A stretch of 60,000 bases of DNA from Amphiscolops sp. MND2022 (taxonomy: Eukaryota), in assembly GCA_964187785.1 (NCBI GenBank), contig OZ076409.1, positions 39,248,001-39,308,000 of the forward strand, given 5' to 3'. Below are positions 25,892 to 36,376 of the stretch, piece by piece. A program made the position numbers and the translations under genes. How positions within the stretch are numbered: position 1 is the stretch's first letter; each line of letters opens with the position of its first letter. Below the pieces are notes generated by a model. It saw only the letters and a list, made by a program, of their open reading frames with translations, did no database searches and was not told the origin of the DNA.

Positions 25892-26491
25892 ATGGTATTT
25901 ATAATCGGTGCCAGCTCTCTGGACCGTACCCTTAATTCTATCCCCTATCGGCAACAAAAACTCTTCAGACGTTGCTGTTACTCTCTGCCTGGACTGAGTT
26001 TCAATAACAACGCCAAAAACAGCCTTAAAGTTTTACAGAACCTTCTAAATCGTGGAATTCTTAGCAGAAGTAGAGATTTGATTATCTGGCACGACATAAT
26101 CAATAACTCTATCTCGGCACATAGAAGCAACAACAACCAACCCTGTACGACTAGCCAACTGATTGAAATCCTTTCACAGTGGCAAGCTAGAATCAAAGCT
26201 ATAGTTTACTGTCAGCGCTCTGGTACTGTGAACATCCGAAAGAAACTTTTTGGAACTGGCATAGTTATAATTGATGCAAAAACTAAATTGATTTCACATC
26301 GCAAACAGAAAGACGCTTTTATTCTGAGCGAGCTAAAAAGAATTCACCCGAAAGTAGACCTAGAATACAATCTACTGTCAACAGTTTGGAGAAACAGAAG
26401 TTTTTTGTCCAAATTCAAGCCCGAGAAAAAGAATAGAAAAAAGCCATCGAAAAAGAAACGGAAGAAAATAAAACAGAGAAAGCAAAGTTAA
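25892..26491 (+). CDS. Divergent SGNH/GDSL-esterase-like protein with a lysine-rich tail (199 aa)
   Basis: VFIIGASSL (block I-like), SLPG (block II-like), IIWHDIINNS (block III-like); intact ORF 80 bp upstream of ORF1. Confidence 0.55.
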   Translation: MVFIIGASSLDRTLNSIPYRQQKLFRRCCYSLPGLSFNNNAKNSLKVLQNLLNRGILSRSRDLIIWHDIINNSISAHRSNNNQPCTTSQLIEILSQWQARIKAIVYCQRSGTVNIRKKLFGTGIVIIDAKTKLISHRKQKDAFILSELKRIHPKVDLEYNLLSTVWRNRSFLSKFKPEKKNRKKPSKKKRKKIKQRKQS

Positions 26492-26571
26492 CAGGTTGGT
26501 AAATTGTTTCTGTTGGGACTTCAAAAACCTTTGTTGGTTAGGAGGCCTGATCGAGACAGTTATCCAGCCTC

Positions 26572-27771
26572 ATGGGTCACAAATCTCGAAACCAGTCTAC
26601 CCCGGAAGGCTGCTGCCCTCATTGCAAGAAACAAGTTGAGGATACTGAAAAAGACTCCATTTGTTGCAATGGGTGCGAGGTGTGGTGGCACGGTTCCTGT
26701 GGAGGCATCGAAGTGAAAGACATACCAATACTTTCAAAATACGCATCTGTACATTGGTACTGTACCAAATGTGAAGAAAAACGCTTGCAAGGAAAATCAT
26801 CAAACGTATGGAAAGCACTAAATCAAATAAATCACAGACAGAAAAAAGACAACGAAACACGAAAACAAGAAACGCAACTAATCGAATCGATGAAAAAAGA
26901 TTTGCTCACCATCAAATTGAAACTGGATAATCCGGAGCGAACTACAAGCAGCTACGCAACCGTGGCTAAAACAGAACCACCCGACCGTATGGTCGATCCC
27001 AAAGAAGAAGTTGGTAATGTGAACAAACAGCGCTCACCACGGGATCCAAACAAGATTTTGATAATAACTTGTAAACAGAAGTTTAGAGACAGTATTGAAA
27101 TCAAGAGGACGTTTGCAAAACTTTTTCCGCTAAAGAAGTTAATCTATGCATTCACTACTGCTCGAGGTAACACACACATGGAATTCCTCACAGTGGAAGA
27201 GGCCGATAATGTCTTGAAATCCTGGAACCCTGAATTCTTTGGAGGAGAATCAATTGCGCGGAAAGCAAATGATAAAACGAATGAACATAGCGCTCTCATT
27301 AGAGGGGTACCCCTAGAACTTGATAACAATGAAATCGAGCAACATCTTGACAACAATTTTCCCGGTGTAAAAGCAAGACGATTCGTCAAAGCGGACAAAA
27401 CAGCTTTGCAAACAGTGAAACTATCACTTCCTTCGAAACTGCTGTATGACAAGGCCACATCAGACGGCATATTCCTGGATGCTCTTTTTTATCAACCCGT
27501 CGAGTTCGTACAACAAGGCATAAGAATCATTCGATGCTACAAATGCCAGAAGTTTGGCCACATGAGCAGTAACTGTCATTCAAGGGAATCTTGCAAACAT
27601 TGCGCCGAGGAACATAGCGTCGCCAAATGTACCAACAAAGACAAACCAGCTAAGTGTAGCAACTGCAAAGGTAACCACGAGGCTGATGATACTAATTGTC
27701 CGACATACATCAAGCAAATTCGTACAGTCCATGAAGCTCGCGGAATACCCATACCCGTAAAAAATGGATGA
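26572..27771 (+). CDS. LINE ORF1 (PHD finger, coiled coil, three CCHC knuckles)
   Basis: CPHC...CNGC...HGSC...WYCTKC PHD; CYKCQKFGHMSSNC, CKHCAEEHSVAKC, CSNCKGNH...C. Confidence 0.9.
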   Translation: MGHKSRNQSTPEGCCPHCKKQVEDTEKDSICCNGCEVWWHGSCGGIEVKDIPILSKYASVHWYCTKCEEKRLQGKSSNVWKALNQINHRQKKDNETRKQETQLIESMKKDLLTIKLKLDNPERTTSSYATVAKTEPPDRMVDPKEEVGNVNKQRSPRDPNKILIITCKQKFRDSIEIKRTFAKLFPLKKLIYAFTTARGNTHMEFLTVEEADNVLKSWNPEFFGGESIARKANDKTNEHSALIRGVPLELDNNEIEQHLDNNFPGVKARRFVKADKTALQTVKLSLPSKLLYDKATSDGIFLDALFYQPVEFVQQGIRIIRCYKCQKFGHMSSNCHSRESCKHCAEEHSVAKCTNKDKPAKCSNCKGNHEADDTNCPTYIKQIRTVHEARGIPIPVKNG

Positions 27772-30700
27772 ACGAAAACTGACCTTCTTGCAAATAAACA
27801 TCTGCGGACTAAGTGAACACTCTAAAATTGCATTAAATCATTATGTACATGAGAAAAATCCCGATGTGGTGTTCTTGAACGAAACGAAAGCCAATTTACC
27901 TCGGCATTTTTTGAACAACTACAACGCTATTTGTGAACACAAACATGGCTTGGGTGGAGTGGCAATACTACTGAAAGAAGAAATTCCGTACGCCAGACGG
28001 TCAGAATTAGAGGAGAACTCAGTAGACAACATAGTGATAACAATAGTGTCAAATGGTTTGAAATTGGTCGTTTCAACAGCCTATGTACAACCAGAGAACT
28101 TAGATGGAGTCAAGAACATAATGAAGGTTTTGGAAAACTGTAAGAAATTGGTTGATGACAACAAAATAAATGGTTGCATATTCTTCGGAGACCTGAACGC
28201 TCGTCATCAATACTGGGGTGATACGATGAGTAACCGTTTAGGAGAAGAGACGGTCAAAATTGTGGATACATACAGCATACTCAACAATGGTGAACCTACT
28301 TTCATTTCAACAAACGGTTCCAGTGTAATTGAACTATGTCTCATCTACGGACCAATTGTCAGTAACTACGAACATAATCTAGCAACAGATGAGTATGTTG
28401 AACTCATCACTGGAGCACCAAACAGAGGTCATCTGCCAGTTCTAGTTGATTTTGCTGTGTCCACTGAAAAATTAAAAACTAAGAAGTTGTGGATGGAGAA
28501 AGCAAATTGGAAGCTTTGGACAGATTATGTTGAGACTGGTATTGGTGAAATCGATCTGAATGACAACAACTCCACTACTCAGTGGAAAACGTTCTTGAAC
28601 CTTCTACTGGATGCGTCGGAAAAATATATTCCCTCGAAAACTATTTCTAGACACAGCAAACCTTTTTGGAATTCTGAATTAACGAAATCTAGTGAAGAGC
28701 TGAGACATCTGAGAAGAAAATTCAAATATTGTTCGAACTACATAAATGGTGAAAAACTGGCCAGAGCTAAAGAGAATTTCAAGAAACAACTATCCGGTAG
28801 TGCGTCTATATGGATGAGTTGCTTCCTCAGCAATCTTGGGCATAAAAGAGGCAGAGACTTTTGGGCATCATATAAAAGTTTACTCAACAAGAAGAAAAAG
28901 AAGAAAGAAGAGGTTGGGCTAATAAGAAACAAGACTGGTGAACTTCTTTACACAAAAAGCGAAATTTGTACACAATTTGAAACAACCTTTTTCTCCGGTC
29001 AACATCTCTCCAAACAATCTTACGACGAAATGTTCTTTGAACATGTCGAACAGGAGAGTCAGAGTGCCCGACAGCAGCGATGAACACGAAAATGGTCTCT
29101 TTCTCGATCCACTCAATATGGAAGAGCAATCGCGAACACGTAAATACTAGGTCTTTCGATACCGACGGCATACACCTGTCAATGATCAAAAACATGGGAT
29201 ACAAAGCTCGAGAACTGCTTCTGCAAATTTTCAACAACTGCTGGGAGACTGCGTCATGGCCATGGAAAGAAACGCGAGTAATTTTCATCCGTAAGCCGAA
29301 TAAAGAGAGATACGACGACTGTTCATCTTACCGACCGTTGTCGATTTCCAGCCACTTTGGTAAACTCCTTGAACGAATTTTGGCCGGTAGAATTAACAAA
29401 TACCTCGACTTGCACAATATAATTGGTCAAGAACAAGAAGGATTCAGAACGAAAAGAAATACTGTGCGATCACTGTACAGGCTTCATCTATCGCTGGAAC
29501 GAGCTAAAGCCTCAAAACATCCTACAGCCTTGCTTAATATAGACTTGGAAAAAGCTGTCGACAGCGTCTGGATAAGCGGACTCCTCTACAAACTACGGAA
29601 CTACAACATAGCTGGCAGAATGTTTCGAATTTTGGAGGCTTTCTTGAGAAACCGAAATGTCTTTATTGAATTAGGGGAAAATAAATCTCACACTTTTGTT
29701 GTTAACATGGGGGTACCACAAGGGGGCGTGCTTTCTCCGCTACTTTTCATCATATTTCTCAATGACTTCCTGATAAACGAAAACTGCTCATTCAAATTCG
29801 CGGACGACAGCTCAATTGTAGTCACCGGTGAAAACACAGACGATCTGACGCGAAAACTTGGGTCTGTCCTTGTGCTGGAGTGGAGAGATGGTGTTCAACC
29901 TGGAGAATGGTGGTCAACGGCGGGAAGACTGAAATTATCCTTTTCAATTGTGAAGCAAGTGACATTAAAGCCCCTGTGCTAAGTGGTGATCCCTGCCAAA
30001 TCAAGAGCTTCACTAAATCACTCGGTATGGTAATTGACAATCAGTTAACATACCGACAACATGCAGAAGCAACAGCTGAAAAAGCAAACCGAAAGTGGAA
30101 CACCATATCTAGCTTATGTAACAACAAATGGAGCCTCACATTCCTACATTGATTCTTCTGTACAAGACAACAATTCTTCCCATACTTCTATATGCCTCCC
30201 CGATCTGGTTCGAAAGAAATCGCAGCAGCATGCAAAAGGTACAAAATACTTTCATCAGAAACGGTTTTCAATCGTAGCTATTCGCCAAATATCGAAAGTT
30301 GTCAAGTGTTACTGGGAGTACCACCTATTGATATTTTGAGTAGGAGCATCAACATCAAGTCCTCATAAAAGTCAAATTTGCAAATGATCTTCTCACAGCG
30401 GCCATGATTCGGTATTACGACAAAAAAGTGTTGCTAATCTTTTAGAGAGTCATCTTAGAAGATTTTCCAAACTTGTAAACAATGACAGCAGGTTTTACAC
30501 GGTGGATAAAATCAACCATTTCATCGAACGCATGTGGAGACGTAGATGGTCAGCTTCGGACAACAACTCGTTCCTCAAATGTTATACTGTGACGACACCG
30601 TCCTACAATCTCTTTACCCCATTTTTAAACCATTCAAAATACGAAGCAAACAAGATCTGTGAACTTGTTTTGGGAAATTCCTTCTCTTTATCTGATTACG

Positions 30701-30936
30701 CCTGGAAAATGAGTAAAAAAGCATCACCGTTATGTGACTGTGGAGCTTCAGAAGAAACTGCTGTACACTATTTCCTAAATTGCAAAGTTTACAACGAATT
30801 CAGACCTGAGAAAATTGATAAGTTGAACCTACTGTGTAAAGACGACTGCGACGAAATGGAAAAGTTTATATTGGAAACGAAGAAGCTAAACAAGGACGAA
30901 GAAGTCGGAAACTATCCAACTAGTGGACTAAATTAA
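27764..30936 (+). pseudogene. LINE ORF2 (AP endonuclease, RT, C-terminal CCHC) with several frameshifts
   Basis: QINICG, LNET, GDLNA, NNGEPTF; YRPLS, QEGFR, GVPQGGVLSPLLF, FADD; CDCG...ETAVHYFLNC. Confidence 0.9.
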
Positions 30937-31542
30937 TTGATGAAGAAGAGAGTTGAAAACTTGTGAACTGACAAACATCCTCCCGCAAATAGGGGTTTTT
31001 AGAACATATATATATATATATATATCGTCAGACCACAGCTCACTCTGTATGTACCACTTTTTGCGCACTGTGCACTTTTACCAAAAGTACTTAGTATTTG
31101 ATTTTGAACGCCAAAGCCTCTAAAAACCATTCCAAAGCAGAAGGCCCCCCTTTCCTATTTTTTTCGAAAATTTTTAAATGTCTCCAAAGGGTCCCCTTTC
31201 AACTTTTTTCATTGTTTGCAACAGAATGGAGTTTCAAAAAACCCGAAGGGTCCCCCTTTTTTGCAATTTTAAAAAAATTGCGCCTTTTGAGCCTTAGATA
31301 TAGCGCCGTCTTGTTGGATTTTGTTGCAAAATGTATATAAAGGCTGTCGAAGTTCCATGTTATAAGCTAGAACATGTATACATCATAACGTGGCTTCTTC
31401 GGCGCACTTCAGGCTCCTATCTACCACAACAGTCAGACATGTAACAGCAGGCTTCAACCAGCAAAAAAAACTACTAGGACTGTCAAAACGCAATATCCAA
31501 GCAGTAATTCAGAAGGTACTTCTCTATGGACATCGGAAGAAA

Positions 31543-31742
31543 NNNNNNNNNNNNNNNNNNNNNNNNNNNNNNNNNNNNNNNNNNNNNNNNNNNNNNNNNN
31601 NNNNNNNNNNNNNNNNNNNNNNNNNNNNNNNNNNNNNNNNNNNNNNNNNNNNNNNNNNNNNNNNNNNNNNNNNNNNNNNNNNNNNNNNNNNNNNNNNNNN
31701 NNNNNNNNNNNNNNNNNNNNNNNNNNNNNNNNNNNNNNNNNN
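31543..31742. other. Assembly gap (200 N)
   Basis: Run of N. Confidence 1.
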
Positions 31743-32095
31743 AAAAGCTACTACTGAATCCACTTCAGTAAGCCTTGAGACGTCTTTAACTGAAAACAAT
31801 CAGGTTGAAAACCTTGTAGCTGGACCTAACAAAAATCCAAGAATACATCTCGAAAATCTGGTCGAAGTGAAATCGTCACTCAGAAAGGAGATTATGTCTG
31901 ACCACACTAAAATATTAGCTGAAAATCAAAAGGAAATGCTGAAACTGATAGCCTCAACCAATAAAACGCCTGTTAGTGCCCAAAACTTCGAAAACACTGA
32001 TTCTGAGCCTGAAAATATTTTTCCTACAAATAAATCAACACCAATCAGACCAAAAACGACTACTTAAAAAACAACACCGGTAAATAGTCGTTACA
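31743..32095 (+). repeat. Probable 3' part of an LTR of a related family, carrying a gag N-terminal ORF
   Basis: Gag-N-like coiled-coil ORF (SSLRKEIMSD...AENQKEML) continues past one stop to ...AGTCGTTACA, where coding character ends; 5' part lost in the gap. Confidence 0.45.
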
Positions 32096-32547
32096 AATAT
32101 GGTATGTGGTCTGACATAAAACTAGCAACTGTAAGAGTTGTGCTTTTTTTATAAACACCTCCGACAACTAAAAACTTTTTTCATTAGTACAGTATTTTTG
32201 TCAATCAACCAAGAAATAGCTGTCACGAAATAAACCGCAAAAGTGTGGGAGTCAATCTCAAGTTATTTACTGGTTCAAAATTGACTTTGATGACTTCAAA
32301 CTTAAGTTCGGAACGTTTATCATTGCTCGATGTTTTGCCACGCACGTTCGGGCTTCAAGTCAGCAGTGTATATACTAAACCATTTTCGAAATTTTTGAAA
32401 TATTGATTCAATCAATTGAAACTGCGTAAGAAAATATCCATTCAGAAAGTTCATTCTTACAATAACGTTCATTCGTCCACTAATTCAATTTATTACACTT
32501 TTTCTGAATGATCAACCTGTCGAGAAAAATTACAAATAAATACATAC

Positions 32548-32671
32548 CAAAATACTGGTAAACTGTCAGAAATAAAGCAGTTGAAATGAAGAAAAAGGGT
32601 GTCAGTACATAGTTCAATCGGTCGACCCAGTCCCCGAAGTAAAAACTGTAAGAAGTAGCTAAGAATTTCAT
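32548..32671 (-). CDS. Innexin-like first coding exon (host gene or pseudogene fragment)
   Basis: GDWVDRLNYVLT...(TM1)...YQYFG matches the innexin N-terminal D..DRLNY...QY.G pattern; ends at a G|GTATGT donor; downstream exons not found. Confidence 0.6.
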
Positions 32672-32951
32672 GCTTCTAACTTATTAAGTCAGCGAAAAAA
32701 CTCGAATGTAACAGGTAATTGACGATACTCCACATGTCTGTTGTTCTGCGTAGTATTAATTTGCTTATCAGTGATATCAGTTCAGAATTGCTGAAATGGC
32801 AGGATACATTTTTTTCTCTGTTTTTCAGAGCTCTCATGGGATAAAAGACCATGCAAGTACAAAATATCGACAGATGGTGGATGTTCTATGACAACAAAAA
32901 CAATTTTCGAATAGTAAACATAACTTTTTACATATATAACTTGTTCCCAAT

Positions 32952-34656
32952 TGTCGTGAGCATTGCGAAATGCGTGGTCACATTGCTCATTAATCAAAGT
33001 CGTTCTAGTCCTTGTATTTTGCTGAACTTCGGAATGATTTTCCGGTCTCTCAACTGGGACCTCCCATCCCCTTCTAGTCTCACGGCCCGATCCGGCCATT
33101 AAGGCGTTTTGAATCTGAGGCAATACTTGACTATTTATAGCTTCATTAATGGCCCTTTGGATCTGTGAGCTAACATTATTGAACATGTCATCCATCTCTC
33201 TTGAGATCCTAGAGTTTAGTTCACTTGACAACCTGTTTATCTCAGCTTGAGAATCTAGGCTTGCTGAGTTATGGCCATAACCGGCACTTGTCCCAATTCC
33301 AAGATTTTCATTTTCTGAATGAAGATTTGTTTCCTCATCTTCCAAATTATTACTTACAATACTATTTTGTCTTCTAATGGAGGTCCCGTTAAGGCTGTTA
33401 TCCCTCCCTGATCCGTTGAAATGATTCTCGCCTAGCATAATATCTAGATTTTCAATGTCTGAGAGAATTTCTAATCCTCTAGATCTTCTTGCCTTCTTTT
33501 GTTTTCTAGTGGTAGGCATCAAGATCGAACCGAGTTGAAATATTGAATTCGTAAACTCAGAAAATTAACAGTGTAACCGTTTTGATGTTTACTAACATGA
33601 ATCAAAATGAAATTGTGTCTTCCCCAAGCGGGGTAATAGTATATATACCGCACGGGGAATGACAAGCACATTCTTTACATGATTAGCAAATCACTTGATT
33701 CCATACCTCACAGGGAAATCCCCGACTAATACATTTTTTAGGGGACAACTTAGGAACGGAATTTACAGACCGTTTATCTAAATACCAACATCAAACAACA
33801 TGTCGGCTAGCATCGTGACAATTATGGTGTAAACAAACTTCACTGCTTACATATTTTACAACTATGCAAGGTGCAGGCACGTGCCGACACACGTTCATTT
33901 CATAGCATCTTCATAAATGGAATGCATTACGGAATTCTAATAATGCAGCTGTATTCTCAAAGCGCTATTTTCAATGTACGCCCGAACAGGGACTAAGTCC
34001 ATAACATGTACAGCACGAATAAGGGGGCATGGAAAAGAGGTTAAATTATCCCCTTTTGTTAGGCAAGCAACAAGATTATTTAAACTACAAATGCGTATTA
34101 AATAGCTCCGGATAAATATTGGCTCATTTAAACAACAAAGGAAATATTATATCAGAATAGGCCGAAACCGGCCACTTGACTAAAGGGCCATTATTAGAAT
34201 AGTACCGTTCAGGCAATAGGCCTTATCCAGCCATTATAAACAAAGCATTTATAATTAGCAACAGGGGAGTGCTGTGATTGGTCAGCGGCCGTACCGAAAG
34301 TCACATCGCCGAGAAGGGACGTTTTCTCACTTGAACACGTTTCCTTCTCGCGATTAACTTGCTTTTGCACTTTACCGCTTTTCACTACAAATTAACACAT
34401 CGTTATACTGCACAGTATCTACATTCTAGTACAACATCCCAATTTGGATTTTCCAAATTGTAATTTAACAGACTAATATAATGCACCAATATATAAAATA
34501 CATCCGATTAACTAGAAAGTTGACAAAAATAATGATCCAATAACTATAAGTTTTAGTCAAAAGAGTTTTAAAATGTTGGAAGTGTACCTGGAGCGATATC
34601 TTGGCCCACTGCTGTAGTCGTTATAGGAGTTCCGTCACAGGCGGCAGCCTGCGACA
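32952..34656 (-). repeat. 3' LTR of element 2
   Basis: Direct repeat of 47202-48906; only two differences noticed. Confidence 0.97.
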
Positions 34657-35347
34657 CTGCGGGTGTTATAAATAAAAAGGCCCCAGCATTCAAACCGTTC
34701 ATATAGGCGTCTCTCCTAATCTGTGTTATGTACTCTGGTTCATCCCGTGATTTGGTCCTTGACACGTACCAGTCGACTTTCTCTCTTTTGATGGCATCTG
34801 CTGAACGTCCGCACACCATGCAGCCCGTGTATAAGCTTTCGCTGACATTTTCGTACGGCAACGTGTTTTGCACGTGATATGACGCGTGAAATCCACCCAT
34901 AGCATACGGCACAATAGGAGTATCTAGGCTCGGTCCCCTCTCGTGAGGTGGGGGAGACATGGGAGATTCTGCCACTGGTATGATGGTATTGCAGATTTCA
35001 ATTCTTGATTTGGTAGACCTTTTCGGCGGGGCATAACACATTTCATGGTCGAAATACTTCGGGCCCAATTTCGGGGTTACATTTGCTTTGGAGCAACTTG
35101 GACCGTCTTCTTCATTGTCGTCTTCGGGCTCTTCTACAGTCATAATTCTTCCCCCAATAAGCATCGGGCTGGCAGTCACCTCTTTCTCAATTCTGGAAAT
35201 CAGCTTTTCAGTATCGGTAGAACAATCGGTCTCCCATTCTGAAGCTTCGCTTTCGTCGCTAGATAGGTAGATCACTGATTCTCCAGACACGTCCGAGTCT
35301 GATTCTTCCAAGTCGAAGAGTCTCTTAGCCAGATTGAATTTATTCAT
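34568..35347 (-). CDS. Extra sense-strand ORF of element 2 (259 aa, unknown function) ending inside the 3' LTR
   Basis: Intact ATG-TAA ORF; acidic N-terminus, CMVC motif; last 89 nt are LTR sequence. Confidence 0.7.
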   Translation of the reverse strand: MNKFNLAKRLFDLEESDSDVSGESVIYLSSDESEASEWETDCSTDTEKLISRIEKEVTASPMLIGGRIMTVEEPEDDNEEDGPSCSKANVTPKLGPKYFDHEMCYAPPKRSTKSRIEICNTIIPVAESPMSPPPHERGPSLDTPIVPYAMGGFHASYHVQNTLPYENVSESLYTGCMVCGRSADAIKREKVDWYVSRTKSRDEPEYITQIRRDAYMNGLNAGAFLFITPAVSQAAACDGTPITTTAVGQDIAPGTLPTF

Positions 35348-35698
35348 TATGAATTTTTTAGCTATTTTGATGAGGATTGAGGCAACTGGTTAGAAGTAAG
35401 ATTCTGAGCTGAATGAATTTATCAGTCTCGGGGTTTTAGCCGAGACGGGCCTTTTCCGAAGTTTCCAATTCGGCGGGAGAAACTTAGGTTGATCATCTCG
35501 ATTCGATGTAAACTTTTATGAATGGAATTCTCAAATGAGCTTACGGCCTTTATTAATTGGTGTTTTACCCCTCATCTCAACAAGCATCAAAGGGGGTGTG
35601 AATAACTCTCAAGTTGTTGACATCAAATATTTCTCTTTCGAGTGGGTAATTAACAACCTGCCTTACAGCAATTAGCGGCGCACGACAAGAAAACTTCC

Positions 35699-36360
35699 CA
35701 AGATGGCTTTAGCCAATCAGAATTAGGCTCTGATAAATTGAAAAATTAAATAATAAAATGGCGAAAATAATAAACCAAAAAATAATTCAAAATGGCGGAT
35801 TTTTAACTAGAAATAACTAAGGAAACTGAACGAAAACAATAGGGTGTAACTGGTCAAACGGCCGGAATAGGCCACTAACTAAGTAGGTCGTAGATAACAA
35901 GGTTTTGTACACTTCGCTGGCAGACTCCATGTACAGAATAAATATGTAAATAATCCCGTAATATTAGTCTGGTAATAATCTTCAGCCACGAACTCCAACT
36001 TCTAATTCTATTACCCCATTTCAATTCCAACTCAATTCCAATTATTTTTCATTTGTAATTTTAATCTTCATCTCCATCTTCATCCTCATTGTCCGCTTTG
36101 TCTTTGTGCCTGTTTCGGACCTTGCCCTGCTTCATCTCCGAGCTCTTCTAATTCCCTTCTTCAACAACGTCCGGATTGGGACTTCGTCCAAAAGGCGCTT
36201 CCAACAGAATGTCTTCAAATACAGGTTGGTTTGATTTCCTTCTATTTTGAACTAGTTCAACTTGATCAGGGTTGAATTTGTTCACAAACTGCTTCCTGTC
36301 TCCACTAGTGAACGCGTGATAAAATCGTTTCACTCAAATTTTCAAAGCACTTCCGGAAGT
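35699..36360. promoter_or_regulatory. Candidate bidirectional promoter between the two accessory genes
   Basis: YY1-like CAAGATGGC, AAAATGGCG and CAAAATGGCGG; AGCCAATCAG CCAAT box; ETS-like ACTTCCGGAAGT just before the 36377 ATG. Confidence 0.45.
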
Positions 36361-36376
36361 TTTCTAATGCGGCGTA

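Larger units (their letters stand above)
25892..31025 (+). mobile_element. Non-LTR retrotransposon (APE-type LINE) with an extra 5' ORF and a (TA)n tail
   Basis: Three tandem + ORFs ending before a (TA)n tract at about 31007-31025; 5' boundary not determined. Confidence 0.85.

Noticed and set aside
31390..32067. 225-aa ORF in the ORF track
   Set aside because: Artefact of translating through the N gap
34568..35347. Extra ORF as an env gene
   Set aside because: No signal peptide, furin site or transmembrane anchor, and too short
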